Positions 36,293 to 47,918 of a DNA stretch of 64,000 nt are shown piece after piece (position 1 is the stretch's first letter; every line of letters starts with the position of its first letter). Below the pieces are notes generated by a model, which saw only the letters and a program-made list of their open reading frames with translations, searched no databases and was not told the DNA's origin. The translations under genes and the position numbers were made by a program. The stretch comes from Felis catus (Eukaryota): positions 20,028,001 through 20,092,000 of the forward strand of contig NC_058383.1 of NCBI RefSeq assembly GCF_018350175.1, written 5' to 3'.

Positions 36293-37788
36293 TAAACTGG
36301 GGAAAATTACTTATGTCATTTGCAAGGTGGGGCTTAAGCACGATGACTTTGTAGGGTTGCTTGAGGAAGCAGGTATCATATGCTTCCTGTTCAATAAGGG
36401 ATGGAGGTCTTTTCTGTGTGGTCGTGACCTCTCTTGCGGCGGAGGGGCAGATCCACACCCTTGCTCTCTTGATGGTCTCCCCCTTCTATTTCTGCTTTTA
36501 GAGCACAGAGAGGGGAGAAGGGGGGAGGGGGGGAGAGAGAGAGGAAGATATCAAGTGCACTGTGAGATCATTTTAATTTTCCCCCTTTCCAGAGGGAGAG
36601 AGGGAACAGAATGTCTTTTTCCACCTCTGTGCGGCTGCACTGTGATACAGACTTTCAGAGATATTCATGTTGTGATTTATTCAATTCTTTTTCTCCATTG
36701 ATTTTAATTAAGTTCCCGAGCTGTCTCCAAGCCCAGGGAGCGGGAACAAACCATGAAACACTGAGAGCCGAACGCCTTTCTTTTACAATTGAGTTTCCCC
36801 GAGTTCTTAAAGTGCTTCACAGGAGAGAATGAGAGTGGAATCCAGAGGCTGAGCCATTGCCTCTGCTCGGTCGGTCCCCAAATAATAAACATAAAAATTA
36901 AAACCCGGTTAAGAAAAAAATCACAGAAGTCATTACAGCTTGGCGGCTGACGGGGGCTTTGATCAAATCTTTTTATGCAGTTTCATAGTTCTGGGGGTGG
37001 GGGGGGTGGATTTTGCCGACCCAGCGTCAAGCATGTGGGTGTCAGAAGACCCGTTTTTCCCAGCGGGCGCAGTGCGGAGAGCACAGGACCTGCCCCTCCC
37101 AAACCAACGTCGTCTCTGGTCTAAATTCACGTCATGCTCTTTAAGGGAAATATCATGGCGGCTTCTGGTCCAGTCACCCGGGCTCCCCTCAGGCCAGCCC
37201 CCACCCCACCCCCAGCAGGCCTCTCAGGGATCTGGAAGGCCAGAGAGGTCCCAGAGCCAGTGTCCTGCTCTCGGGCCAGGGGAAGGTCCCTCAGCGTTGT
37301 CTAACAGCCAGCTGGCCGACCACCAGCCCACTCTGCCTCTTGTAGAAACAGCTGAAAATGCAAATGCCAACGGAGCCAGCCTGTGACCTAACAAGAGAAA
37401 TAACCCAGGTGGAGACTTTGGCAAAATGGGTGGGCACAGGCGGGGTCCACGGCGGACAGCCCTGGACAACTGCTATCACGCCAGAATCGTGGCCTTGGTG
37501 ATGTCAGATGTCCTGAATTTTCTGAAAGCGAGAAACTAGGATACCTTTAGTCTTAGGAAAACAACACAACGGGAATGGCCCCAAATCCTCTATTTAAATA
37601 TTGGTTAGCAATCCAAACAATGTAAAGCACGCTGTAGGTCAAACAGGATACATTTGCAGGGTTTTTGGGACACCAGTTGGCAACATTTGACATGTTGGTG
37701 GAGGGCGAACTCTCTGGATTAATGTCGGGGCACCACCACCTGCCAGCTCTGTGATCTTGGCATGTGTTGAACTTCTGAGTCGCCATTT

Positions 37789-38007
37789 TTAAAAAAAATT
37801 CTTTAATGTTTATTTACGTTCGAGAGAGACAGAGACAGAATGCGAGTGGGTTAGGGGCAGAGAGGGAGGGAGACACAGAATCCGAAGCAGGCTCCAGGCT
37901 CTGAGCTGTCAGCACAGAGCCCGACGTGGGGCTCGAACTCATGCGTTGTGAGATCATGACCTGAGCCGAAGTCGGACGCCCAACCGACCGAGCCACCCAG
38001 GCGCCCC
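37789..38007 (-). mobile_element. Can-SINE inserted into a MIR remnant
   Basis: Antisense SINEC; TSD tgagtcgccattt / tgagtcaccattt. Confidence 0.96.
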
Positions 38008-38112
38008 TGTGAGTCACCATTTGTAAAGGCAGTATGTAGAGATCCTGGTGCACAATACGGATCTTCTAAATGTAGGCATCACCATCATCATCATCTTCTG
38101 TATCATCATCAT

Positions 38113-38740
38113 TGTGTTATTTTGATTTTATAGTAAGAAATGCATATGTGGTCTTCATGCTGTTCCTGGGGCAGAGCTCCTAAAACTCTTGGAATTTCCT
38201 CTGATGAGAGAGAGAAAGGATTTGTTGTGTTAATGAAGCGGCCTTGGGAAAGCAGCTAAGGATGGGGGCTGGTGGAACCAATCCCTATGAGTTTAGGCTC
38301 ACTCCCTGATTTTTGAGGAGGGGAGATGAGCTGGAGGTTGACTCCATAGCCAGTGGCCCATGAGCTAATCAATCATGCCTATGTAATAAAGCCTCTAAAA
38401 ACCCCCAAAAAGACGGGGTCCAGAGACTTTCCAGGTCGGTGAACACATGGAGGTTCTAGGGGAGTAGATCCTTCGGTGACGGCATGGAAGCTCCGAGCCC
38501 CTTCCCACATGCCTTACCCTATGCATCGCCGCTACCATTTTGGTGTTTCTGAGTTACAGGTTTTTTATGATGAACCAGTGATCTAGTAAGTCAAATGTTT
38601 CTCTGAGTTCTCTGAACCTCTTCAGCAAATTAATTAAACCCAAGAAGGGGGTGGTGGGAACCTCCGACCTGTCAGTGGTTAGTCGGAGGCACAAGTGAAA
38701 ACTTGGACTTGCTGTTGGGCATCTGCAGGGGGTCCATGAA
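38113..38740 (+). mobile_element. MER21-like ERV solo LTR
   Basis: cagagctcctaaaactcttggaatttcct, aatcaatcatgcctatgtaataaagcctc, tgtttctctgagttct...gcaaattaattaaacccaagaaggggg. Confidence 0.8.
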
Positions 38741-39264
38741 TGACCTTGCCTCATTCGGTGTGTGAGATATTTCACCACCATGTGGCATACAGATGGCACA
38801 GTGGAGGCCACTGCATGGTGGCTGGTGGAGCCAGTCGACTCTGGGCAAAGGTCTGAGCTACTGGGCTGCAGGGGGCTGGGGAGGGGCGTCTCCAGTGGTT
38901 TTGCTCCAAGCCCAGAGGCCAGGAGTCTTTACTGAAGCTGCCAAGTGACCCTGCCTTCCCTAGACCCTGGATTTGGAAGGCAGGAGGACCAGGAGCTGGC
39001 AGGGTTGGAGTCTGCCTGGAACCTAGGCAGAGCGAAGCTACATCAGGGTTTGGCCCCCAAACCACCCCTCGAGCTGTTGGCTTTTTAGGTCATCCTTCTT
39101 CGCACGTGCAAAGGGAAACCAATGAGACTAACAAAGCAACGGAAGTGAGGATATGAGGATTCTTGAGCTCAGCTCTCATCTCTGCCTCGTCATCGCTCAC
39201 CTCTCTGAGATGCACCAGGATGGAGCCCTCCATGTTCTAGCTCTTTCCAGGTCAAGGCAACTGT

Positions 39265-39695
39265 GGCACATTGCAGTCTGCCCCCGCCTCCATTTGTCCC
39301 CCCTTCTTCCTGGGAACAGGATCACCTGTCTACAGACTGCATTTCCCGGCCTTCCTTGCAGCAAGGTGCAGTCCTGTGATGTGTCTGTCCCCGGGGAATA
39401 TGAGTGGGGGCCATGAGGGCAACGTCCTCTCCGCCTGCTTCCAAAGAAACTGCTCGTCCCGGAGTTCTTCTCTTCCCTCTTCCCCCAGGGAAAGATGGCA
39501 GATGAACATGGCCGTGTCTCACCACGCAGGGGAGGGGGTGCTGGGACCACACTTGGAAAGAAGCCAGATCCTTGTGGGAATTTACAGACTTACTTTTCCT
39601 ACCCGCCTGGATTGTGCATGTTGCGATTATCATGCGGATGCAAACTTTCTATCTTCTCTCAGCTTCTCTGGCGCCTCTTTGATTTATCAGGTTAA
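39265..39695 (+). mobile_element. LTR16-like ERVL LTR remnant
   Basis: actgcatttcccggccttccttgcagcaaggtgcagtcctgtga motif. Confidence 0.45.
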
Positions 39696-39760
39696 CCTGG
39701 TCCTTTGACCAGCGACATCACTGGCGTCACCTGGGAATGTGTTACAAATCCAAGTTCAGT

Positions 39761-39988
39761 GGGGCGCCTGGGTGGCGCAGTCGGTTAAGCGTCCGACTTC
39801 AGCCAGGTCATGATCTTGCGGTCCGTGAGTTCGAGCCCCGCATCAGGCTCTGGGCTGATGGCTCGGAGCCTGGAGCCTGTTTCGGATTCTGTGTCTCCCT
39901 CTCTCTCTGCCCCTCCCCCGTTCATGCTCTGTCTCTCTCTGTCCCAAAAATAAATAAAAAACGTTGAAAAAAAAATTAAAAAAAAAAA
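39761..39988 (+). mobile_element. Young feline SINE (SINEC_Fc-type)
   Basis: Perfect TSD acaaatccaagttcagt at 39744-39760 and 39989-40005. Confidence 0.98.
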
Positions 39989-40005
39989 ACAAATCCAAGT
40001 TCAGT

Positions 40006-40550
40006 GGGTGAATGGGTGAAGAAGGTGCATCCACACAGCAGAATATCATTCGGCCTTAAAAAGAAGGAAGCGCTGCTGTTTGTGACAATGTGGACGGACC
40101 TTGAGGACATCATGCTGAATGAAGTAACTCAGACAAAGACAAATGCTGTATGATCTCACTTAGATGTGGACTCTTAAAGGGCTGGACTCCCAGAAACCGA
40201 GAGTTGACTGGTGTTTGCCAGGGGCCGGGGGAGGGGGGGTGGGGAAAATGGGAATGATGATTAAAGGGTACACACTTCGGATTATAAGATGAATAAATTC
40301 GGGGGTCTAATGTAGAGCACGGTGTCTAGTTAATAGTACTGTGTACTAGAAAATTACTAAGAACAGATTTGAAATGTGCTCGCCACACACACAAAATACT
40401 AATACGAGGTAAATAGACGCATTAACTAACCTCATTGTGGTAATCATCTCTCAATATAAATGGACATCAAATCGTCATGTTGGCCATTTTGGACTTACAC
40501 AGTGTTCTATGTCAAATGTTTCTCAATAAAGCTGGGGGGACAAAAAGTAA
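40006..40550 (+). mobile_element. L1 3' end (L1MA9-like)
   Basis: gccttaaaaagaaggaa...ggaccttgaggacatcatgctgaatgaagtaactcagaca...tctcaataaagctggggg. Confidence 0.88.
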
Positions 40551-40624
40551 CGCGCTAGGAAAAGAAACGCAATTTCTACTGCGTGAGACTCCTAGTCTGG
40601 GGCTGGGGTCCAGCAATACAGTTT

Positions 40625-41148
40625 TTATTTTAAGACAGTCATTCTAAAGTCACATCCGGTTGCCAGAAATAATACAGAGAAATCCTCTGTAAGCTTTCCC
40701 CCTTTCCCCCCAGTGGCAACATTTGGCAAACTGTGGAATAGGATCATAGCAAGAACATGGACATTGATACAACCCTCCAGTTGTGCACTCACTTGTGTGT
40801 GCGCGTCGTGTATGTATTCGGTTCTGTACAATTTTATCGCAGGTGTCGGTTGGCGTATCCATCACGGAGTCCAGACACTGAAGAGTTCCTGTGTCAAAGG
40901 ATCCCTGTTGTTAACGCCTTTAGAACCACACCCACCTCCTTCCCAGCAATCTTCGCCGGCAACCCAGCTTTATTGGGATGTAATTGACATAGAACATTGT
41001 GCAATTGACTACAACATTGTGTAGGTTGAGATGTACATCCTGTTGATTTGATACATCCATATATCCTAAAAGGATTGCCACCCTAGCTGAGCTAACACCT
41101 CCGTCCCGTCATACAATTACCATTTCTTTTCCGTGGTGAGAACATACC
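40625..41148 (-). mobile_element. Two antisense L1 3'-end fragments (L1MC-like, then L1MA9-like)
   Basis: aaataatacagagaaatcctctgta...; cccagctttattgggatgtaattgaca...gtggtgagaaca. Confidence 0.75.
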
Positions 41149-41543
41149 TAGCAATCCATTTTGAGCAAGCGCTCTTGTTATGCTGGTATACCAGAATTTG
41201 AAATCCAAGGATGCCCGGTTCTATAAAGAATTACTGTTGCCAGGTTTTTGCACTAGCCTTGGGCGGGGCACGGAGCTAAAGCGTTCACATGTGTTAATGA
41301 ATGTGATCTTTAGAGCACCCTAGGGGGTAGGTGGCCATTATTAGCCTCCTCTGTTAAGGGAACTGAGTGCCCACACAGGACCGGAGATGTGACGGCAAAT
41401 AAGACAAGAGGTAATTGCTGCACAATTAATAACAGGCCAAGTAACCACTGGAATCCAAGTCTCTGACTGCGGGAACCAGGCTATTACCTAAAAGTCTACA
41501 CTGAACTTCCGGTTTCAGCACAGAAACATACAAAGTCTACCTA

Positions 41544-41769
41544 GGCGCTCCTGGGTGGCTCAGTCGGTTGACAGCAGCCAATTTCGGCTCAGGTCACACG
41601 ATCTCACGGTTGGTGGGTTCGAGCCCCAGCATCGGGCTCTGTGCTGACAGCTCAGAGCCTGGAGCCTGCTTCTTGGATTCTGTGTCTCCCTCCCTCTCTG
41701 CCCCTTCCCTGCTTGTTCTCTGTCTGTCTCTCAAAAATAAATAGATGTTAAAAAAAAACAAAACAAAAC
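41544..41769 (+). mobile_element. Can-SINE
   Basis: Full body; TSD aagtctacctagg / aagtccacctagg. Confidence 0.95.
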
Positions 41770-43704
41770 AAGTCCACCTAGGAGCCACCGCCTCAAGTGA
41801 GTAGTTTGCATACCTGAGGCCTGCCTGGAGTCTCTCTGCCCCTTGGTGATGCCTCCCTTTGCGCATTTCCTCACTATTCCTGATCAGATTTGAATCCCAC
41901 GAAGGCGTGATACTGTGGCACTCCCGTAAATGACCAGCCACATAGAAGGAGTGGCATAAAGACCGAGGTCATAGTGTTCTAGAGCTCAGATACCATGTTA
42001 GAACTCCTTCCGGCTGGGCTGCAGCATTCACAGGTGGGAAGAGGCAGGCCCAGGGAGGGGGCCATGGGGTGCCATACTCTTGGGGATGTGGTTTCCAGTG
42101 AGGCGACTCTGACCCCGGGAGCCAAGTGATCAGCACTGGCCCCCGGGATCTCCAGGTAGTGTCTTGGCTTAATTCTAAGCGACAGGTGTTGCAATTGAAT
42201 TCTGGAGATACTCCTAGACACGGACAAGACAAGTCCCCCCACCTTTAATTTGGGTGTTCGCCAGCTTGGTATTTTGTTCTATGGGGAAGAGGCTGAGGAC
42301 CTTCCAGGAGGACAGGGAAGCTAAATTCCGTTGCAGGATGGAAGGGACTTGCCACTTGACATGGAGCTCCTTTCCCTGACCCAGAACCTTCCGTGTACCA
42401 GGCACTGAGTTAAGCAACCGCTATACATCGTCTCAGTTCTTTCCTTTGACCATCACAGCAACCATCCGAGACAGAAGTGCTTAGCGCCCTCGCTGCACAT
42501 TTTGGGGATGTGAAAAAGGAGGGCCAAGGTGCTTGAGCCAAATTCCCAGTTCACTGCTTGGGCTCCACACCCTATCCACTGGGCCATGCTACCTACCCTA
42601 AGGGGCCAGCAGAAAGCCGAAGAATATTCTTGGGTTTATTTTAGAAGTCAAATCGTTGTGTTTCCTGGTCCCCCGGGAGGGGCTGTTTCCTGCAAATAAA
42701 TGCTGTTGGCACCTGTGACAGAATTTCCTGAGAACAGAGCCAGCCAGCAATCCCACCCGGTCTTGCCCCTTCTCTAAACACCTCCTCCGCTCCCATCTCA
42801 TAGATAAGCTAACGGGGCCCAGAGAGGGCAGGGGACGTGCCCAAGCTCACACGGCCGGAGCACATCACAGCCAGGATTTGCCCTTGGGTTGGCGAACTCA
42901 AGCACAGAGCTCTCCCACCACCACGCTGTGCCTCTCCTTATCAGAAACACAATGTAATTAAGTGCCCTGGGCTTGCCATAATTCGAAATGCACTTGCCGC
43001 CACAATCTACCCAAGACATCAGCCGTAGTGAAGCAATGATGGGGAAACTGGCCTCGTAGCGGGGGTGAGAGCCTGCTGCTCTGACCCCATCACCGCCATC
43101 GCGCGCTCGGTATCTTGATGACTCCCCCCCCCCCCCACTCCCCCGTGAGACATATTGACAGCGATATTAAAAGGGAGACGAAGGGATACGTTTGCTTCCT
43201 TATGTACGACATATGTTATCCACCCATGCCCGTCAGAGCCCCGATGATGCCAGACAAGGCCAGCCACAGCGTGGTGATGGGGGAGGGACGTCTGCTGGTC
43301 TCCAAGGGGTCGCCTACAAACCTCCTCATCTGTACAGCGCTCCACAGTTTATAAAGCACTTTATCTTCCATTTGCTTGTCTGAGAGCCTCATAACAGCCC
43401 TGTGATGGGAGACAGATCACGGCCATTATCACCTCGTTTCTCAGATGGGAAGACAGCGGTGAACCGATGGGCACCGGGTGACCCCCTCTGGGACAAGTGG
43501 AAGCAGCACTTGACCCCGGACCTTCTGACTTCACATCCCCTGAGATCTTTATACTACAGATGTCTCCTGCAACGCCTCACTCACTCACTCACTGGCTCAC
43601 TTAACATGTATTCGATGGGAACCTGTCTTGGGCCAGGCACGGTGCTAGGTGTCGGGGAAGAAACAGTGGTGGAGACCACCTATGCCCGCCGCTCGCGTGG
43701 GGAC

Positions 43705-43913
43705 AGGGGCGGGGCCTGCGCCAGGATGATCTGGCCCCCAGGGAACACTGGGCGAAGACTGGAGGCATTTTTGGTTGTCACAGCCCGGAGGGTGCTCCTG
43801 GCATCTAGTGAACAGAGGCCAGGGACGCTGCTGGATGCCCCGCAATACAGGGGACACCCCCAAGACACTTATCCGTCCCCAAAGGCCAACAGTGCTCCAG
43901 GTCAGAAACCCTG
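43705..43913. mobile_element. MER20 hAT-Charlie element
   Basis: gcccccaggga...ggcatttttggttgtcaca...gctcctggcatctagtg...agaggccagggacgctgct...cagtgct...agaaaccctg. Confidence 0.88.
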
Positions 43914-44019
43914 CCTAGAGCAGAGAAGAGCCTAGAAGACAGAACTGATCAAATTATCCTACCCTTGAGGATGTAGTTACAGAGAAACAGGAAGTGTATA
44001 AACAGTGACAGTTACAGCT

Positions 44020-44225
44020 TGTCGGGCACTCGTGTTCCAGGCTCTTCTCCAAGGGCCGGAATCTCTAGTAAGTCCTTTAGTCCTTCAAGCAGCCCTGTGG
44101 GATTGGTATTACTGTCATCTCCGGTCATAGAGGAGGTAATGGAGTCTCAGAGAGGTTAAGTACTTCGCCCAGAGTCACACAGCCAGAGGACGGACCAGGA
44201 TTTGAACCAGTCTCCGTGGCTTTGG
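44020..44225 (-). mobile_element. MIR
   Basis: gagtctcagagaggttaagtacttcgcccagagtcacacagc...ccaggatttgaacc. Confidence 0.85.
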
Positions 44226-44329
44226 TCTCTATGCCTCACTGCCTCCTTTCAAGACAAGGAATTTACCATGATTTGGGACTTGAGGGAACTTGGGGACTTG
44301 GAAGGGACGCGTGAGGTGAGGGTTAAGGA

Positions 44330-44700
44330 AGCCTAGGGTGTGTAGGACGGAGGGAGAGCAAGACGGAGGGAGAGCCTTCCAGTCACAGGGCACAGCAGGT
44401 GCAAACACCACATGGCTAGAGGCCAAGGGGACTCGGCGGGAAAGCCGTTGACAGTGTCTGTGATGGGGCAGCGGAGAGCTGAGGTGGAGAAGAAGCTGGA
44501 GGGTCCGGCAGGACCACAGGCTGGGTGTGCAGGGATGCAGGGACGCGGGCTCGGAGCAGAGGTGCGGCGGGGTCGGACGTCGACGCTGAAAGGCGCACGC
44601 TGGCTGTCGGGTGCAGGGCGGGCCTGGGCTAGAGGCAACGACGAAGGAGGGGGGAACAAGGCGACGCGAGCGGGCTGGCAGGGAGGGGCTGCAGAGCACG
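44330..44700 (-). mobile_element. L2 fragment, unusually GC/CpG-rich
   Basis: Reverse complement reads ...cagccagcgtgcgcctttc...cctctgctcc...tttgcacctgctgtgccctgtgactggaaggctctccc, in L2 body order. Confidence 0.65.
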
Positions 44701-47700
44701 GGACAGACGGACGCGAGGACTGTTCAGGGGGCGGGACCGCCAGAATGTGGGGACGTACTGGATTGGGCGTCGGGGCAGGACGGTGGGTAAGGCACCGCTC
44801 CCCGCTGGGAGCCTGACCTTCTCGTGAAGTGACCCAGGCATTGCTTGTGCACAACACCCGAGACTGCTGGGAAGGGCGGCTGGCCTCGCCCACCCCTCCT
44901 TGAACTTGCAGAGCCACGTCCCTGCTCATGGTCCTGGCTGCAGAGCACGGGGACAGTGAGGACGCTGCTTTGCTGTGCTGACGGCCGCCTGTTTGTGCTC
45001 TCAGACGCCTGTAACTCACAGATAATTAATGTCACTGGCTGTCACGGCACCCTGGCTAATCACAGTGTGTGGGGGTGGGCACACTGGTCGATGCGCAGCC
45101 CAGGGATCTGTCAGACCCAGGAAAGGGCGCGTCACCTGGCCAGTCGCTGCAGAGTGCCTTGAATTCTCGCACATGCCTGTCTGCTCTGGAGGCACGGACA
45201 GCCCTCATCCCCTGGGAGGCAGACACTCAAGGTCACATCTGCGGGTCTGGGAACCCAGGCCGGCCAGAAGGGCAGGAAACAGGAGGGAAGTTTGCTCCCC
45301 ACAGGTGTGGACACATCCCCTCCCTTTTCCCTTGTGCGAGCCACAACCGCCAAGGGTCCTATCTCAGCCTCCACGCTGCGCGCAAAATTCCGAGGGAAAG
45401 TGCCTGTGCACAAGACTGCAGTGCGCCGCCACCTGAAACCCTGGCAGCTTTGCAAACAAGTCATGCTTGGCCACGCCTCTCCGCCTTTTCTGGGCGGTTC
45501 GGTCTGCTGAGTTGTGGTCTCTCCAATACCCACACGCCGGGGACCCAGGAGCCATGAGGTTGAATACATTGTTTCACACGCCCTTTCCCAAGGCGCTGGC
45601 GTCTGCCCTCCGTGTTCCAACAGCAAGCTGCATAAACAAACCTCTAGGACGTTCATTCACTGGGTGGTTCCTTCACCCCATCGGCGGTGAGCCCCCACAA
45701 GCACCTGCTCCCGGCCAGGGGAAATGGTGATGGACAGACAGATGCTGTTTGTCCTGGAGCACATAGTCTGCAGCATTCAACCAAGATGATACAAAGCGAC
45801 GATTAGTTTCGGTGTGATCCGCTCTCCTTTTTGTTGTCTGTTTCCCTTCCTATGACCCTCTGAGGTCAGGGCCTGTCTGCTGTAGGTGGAGGATTTCTGT
45901 GCCCAGCCGAGAATATTCACAGTGAATGGGGAATGAGAGAATGAGTGAATGGAGTGAACGGGACCTAGGTTCACCCACCCAGGGCGATTACTACTTCTTC
46001 CCGAGAGCGATGTGCTCTCCCAGCCACCCAAGGCAGTTTGAGATCTAGCAACACAGTTGAGCTTGAAGAATATTCAGGTACATCAGATACAGCCTGGGCC
46101 AAGGGGAGCATCCTTCCTCTGGGGTCTGATTACCCGGGAGAAAACCCAGATTGCCGCGTCGAGCACGTTAGCTATGTGCCTAACACCGTGCCAAAGCATG
46201 AAGGGTGGGGGCTTCCCTCCAAAGGTGGATGCCAGGCTGAGTTCTGGGGCAAGAGTCAGGGTGGGGGTGGCAGGGCCCCTCCCTGCCTGATCTGGGAAAC
46301 CCCAAGGAGCATCAGCCTGCCTACCAGCGCGGTAAAAAGGAAACTAGACAGGAAGAGGCAGTGAGGGAGTGAGCTCCTCATCTGGGCAGGTATTCAAAGA
46401 GGTTGCAGGAGACGCTTTCCTGGGGTGCTGCATCCCCAGCTGGAACAGGAAACTGGAAGAGCTGTTAGGGTTGGACGAGGGGTGTGACCATCAGCGAGCC
46501 TGTGCCACGGGTCTCGCAGGAGGGCGACCTGGGGTGTCATTTGAGAGCCCTTATCCTAGAATCAGACAGACCTCTGATGAAGTCCTGGCTGTGGCCTCCG
46601 AATAGCTGCGCAAAAGTGAGAAAGTCATTGAACTTCCGCAGTCCTCGGTTTCCCCTCTGTAAAAGATTGTTACTTATGTAACAACACCTGCAAAGCGCCG
46701 GGTCCGGTTCACCACACGGGAGCTACTTGTGTTGCTTGTCAAAGATCGAAGCCCAGTGCTGTGCACGGGACCAGTGCCGGGGGCTGGGGGAGCGGGCCAG
46801 GACTGGGGCAGGCTGGCACCCACGGGAAAGCCACACCAGGAGACGGCCAGTGGGTGGATGGCTCAGGGGCTGGGCATTAACCTACAGGAGGAGGGTGAGT
46901 GGGTGAGGGCCGGCTGAGCGGGGCCCCCCCCCCCCCCGGAGGATGGCCAGGCTTCTGGTTCCAGCTCTCTCCTCTCATGTTGAATCCCCAGCAGAGGATT
47001 GCTACTCGGCTGGGGTCTGACTTCCGGTCTCTTCCAGCTCTGCCGTGCTGTGAACGTTGCTGGGGTTGCAGGCATCAGCAAGACTGGGTCCCCCCTGCCC
47101 GTCCGCTCTGTTTCCTCCCTCCCCTCTGGCAGAAGGCTCCTCATTCATTTACTCCCCCTTTGAAAGTCAGTCAACAAACCTGAGAACCATTTCCTTGCTG
47201 GCTTCTAGTCTAGGGCTGGCACCGCAGAAGTGTGATGGAGGTGGACAAACAGGGCCCCTGTCCTCAAGGATGTCCCGTCTGGGTGTGGAGGCAGGAATAT
47301 AGCAGGCGATTGTCACACAGTGTGGCAACAGCCACCACAAATACAACCATAACAATAGAGCTAACACTGCATGCTCGCGTCAAGGGAGTTTACCTCACTG
47401 AGTCTTTGCCACAACCCCTGGGGGCAGAAATTGGATCTCAGGTTAGTTCACATGTCTAAAGGCTCCTCACGTATTCATTCAACAAGTATTTATTGATCAG
47501 CTACTATGTGTTGGGCACTAAAATCTGGTGCTACTACAGAGAACAAGGCATCTACAGTCCTGCCCAGGGGGGAGTTCACCTTCTGACGAAGGCGGTTTGG
47601 AGCACAGAAGAACACTTCTTGGGTACATCGCTCATGGGGGACAGGAGGGTAAGGCAGTGGCCAGTGAATTGGGTTCTGAAACATCCATAGGAGTTTGCCA

Positions 47701-47805
47701 GCAAAATATGGAAGGATGTATGGGGGTGTGAGGTCCTGCTAGTCAAGGAGGAAGTGAGACTAGCAAGCATAAAGGTCTGGAAGTGTGTTCCTGGAATAAT
47801 GAGAA

Positions 47806-47918
47806 TTTCTTCCCTTCCCTCCCTTCCTCTCCCCTCCCCTCCCTTCCCTTCCCTTCCCTTCCCCTCCCCTCCCCTCCCCTCCCCTCCCCTCCCCTCCCCT
47901 CCCCTTCCCTTCCCTTTC
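47806..47918. repeat. (CCCCT)n/(CCCTT)n pentanucleotide tract
   Basis: Directly visible; G-tract array on the minus strand. Confidence 0.97.

Noticed and set aside
44229..45730. Cluster of 130-228 aa ORFs in GC-rich sequence
   Set aside because: Overlapping on both strands, low-complexity Pro/Arg/Ala/Gly composition, partly within L2; expected from stop-codon scarcity at high GC
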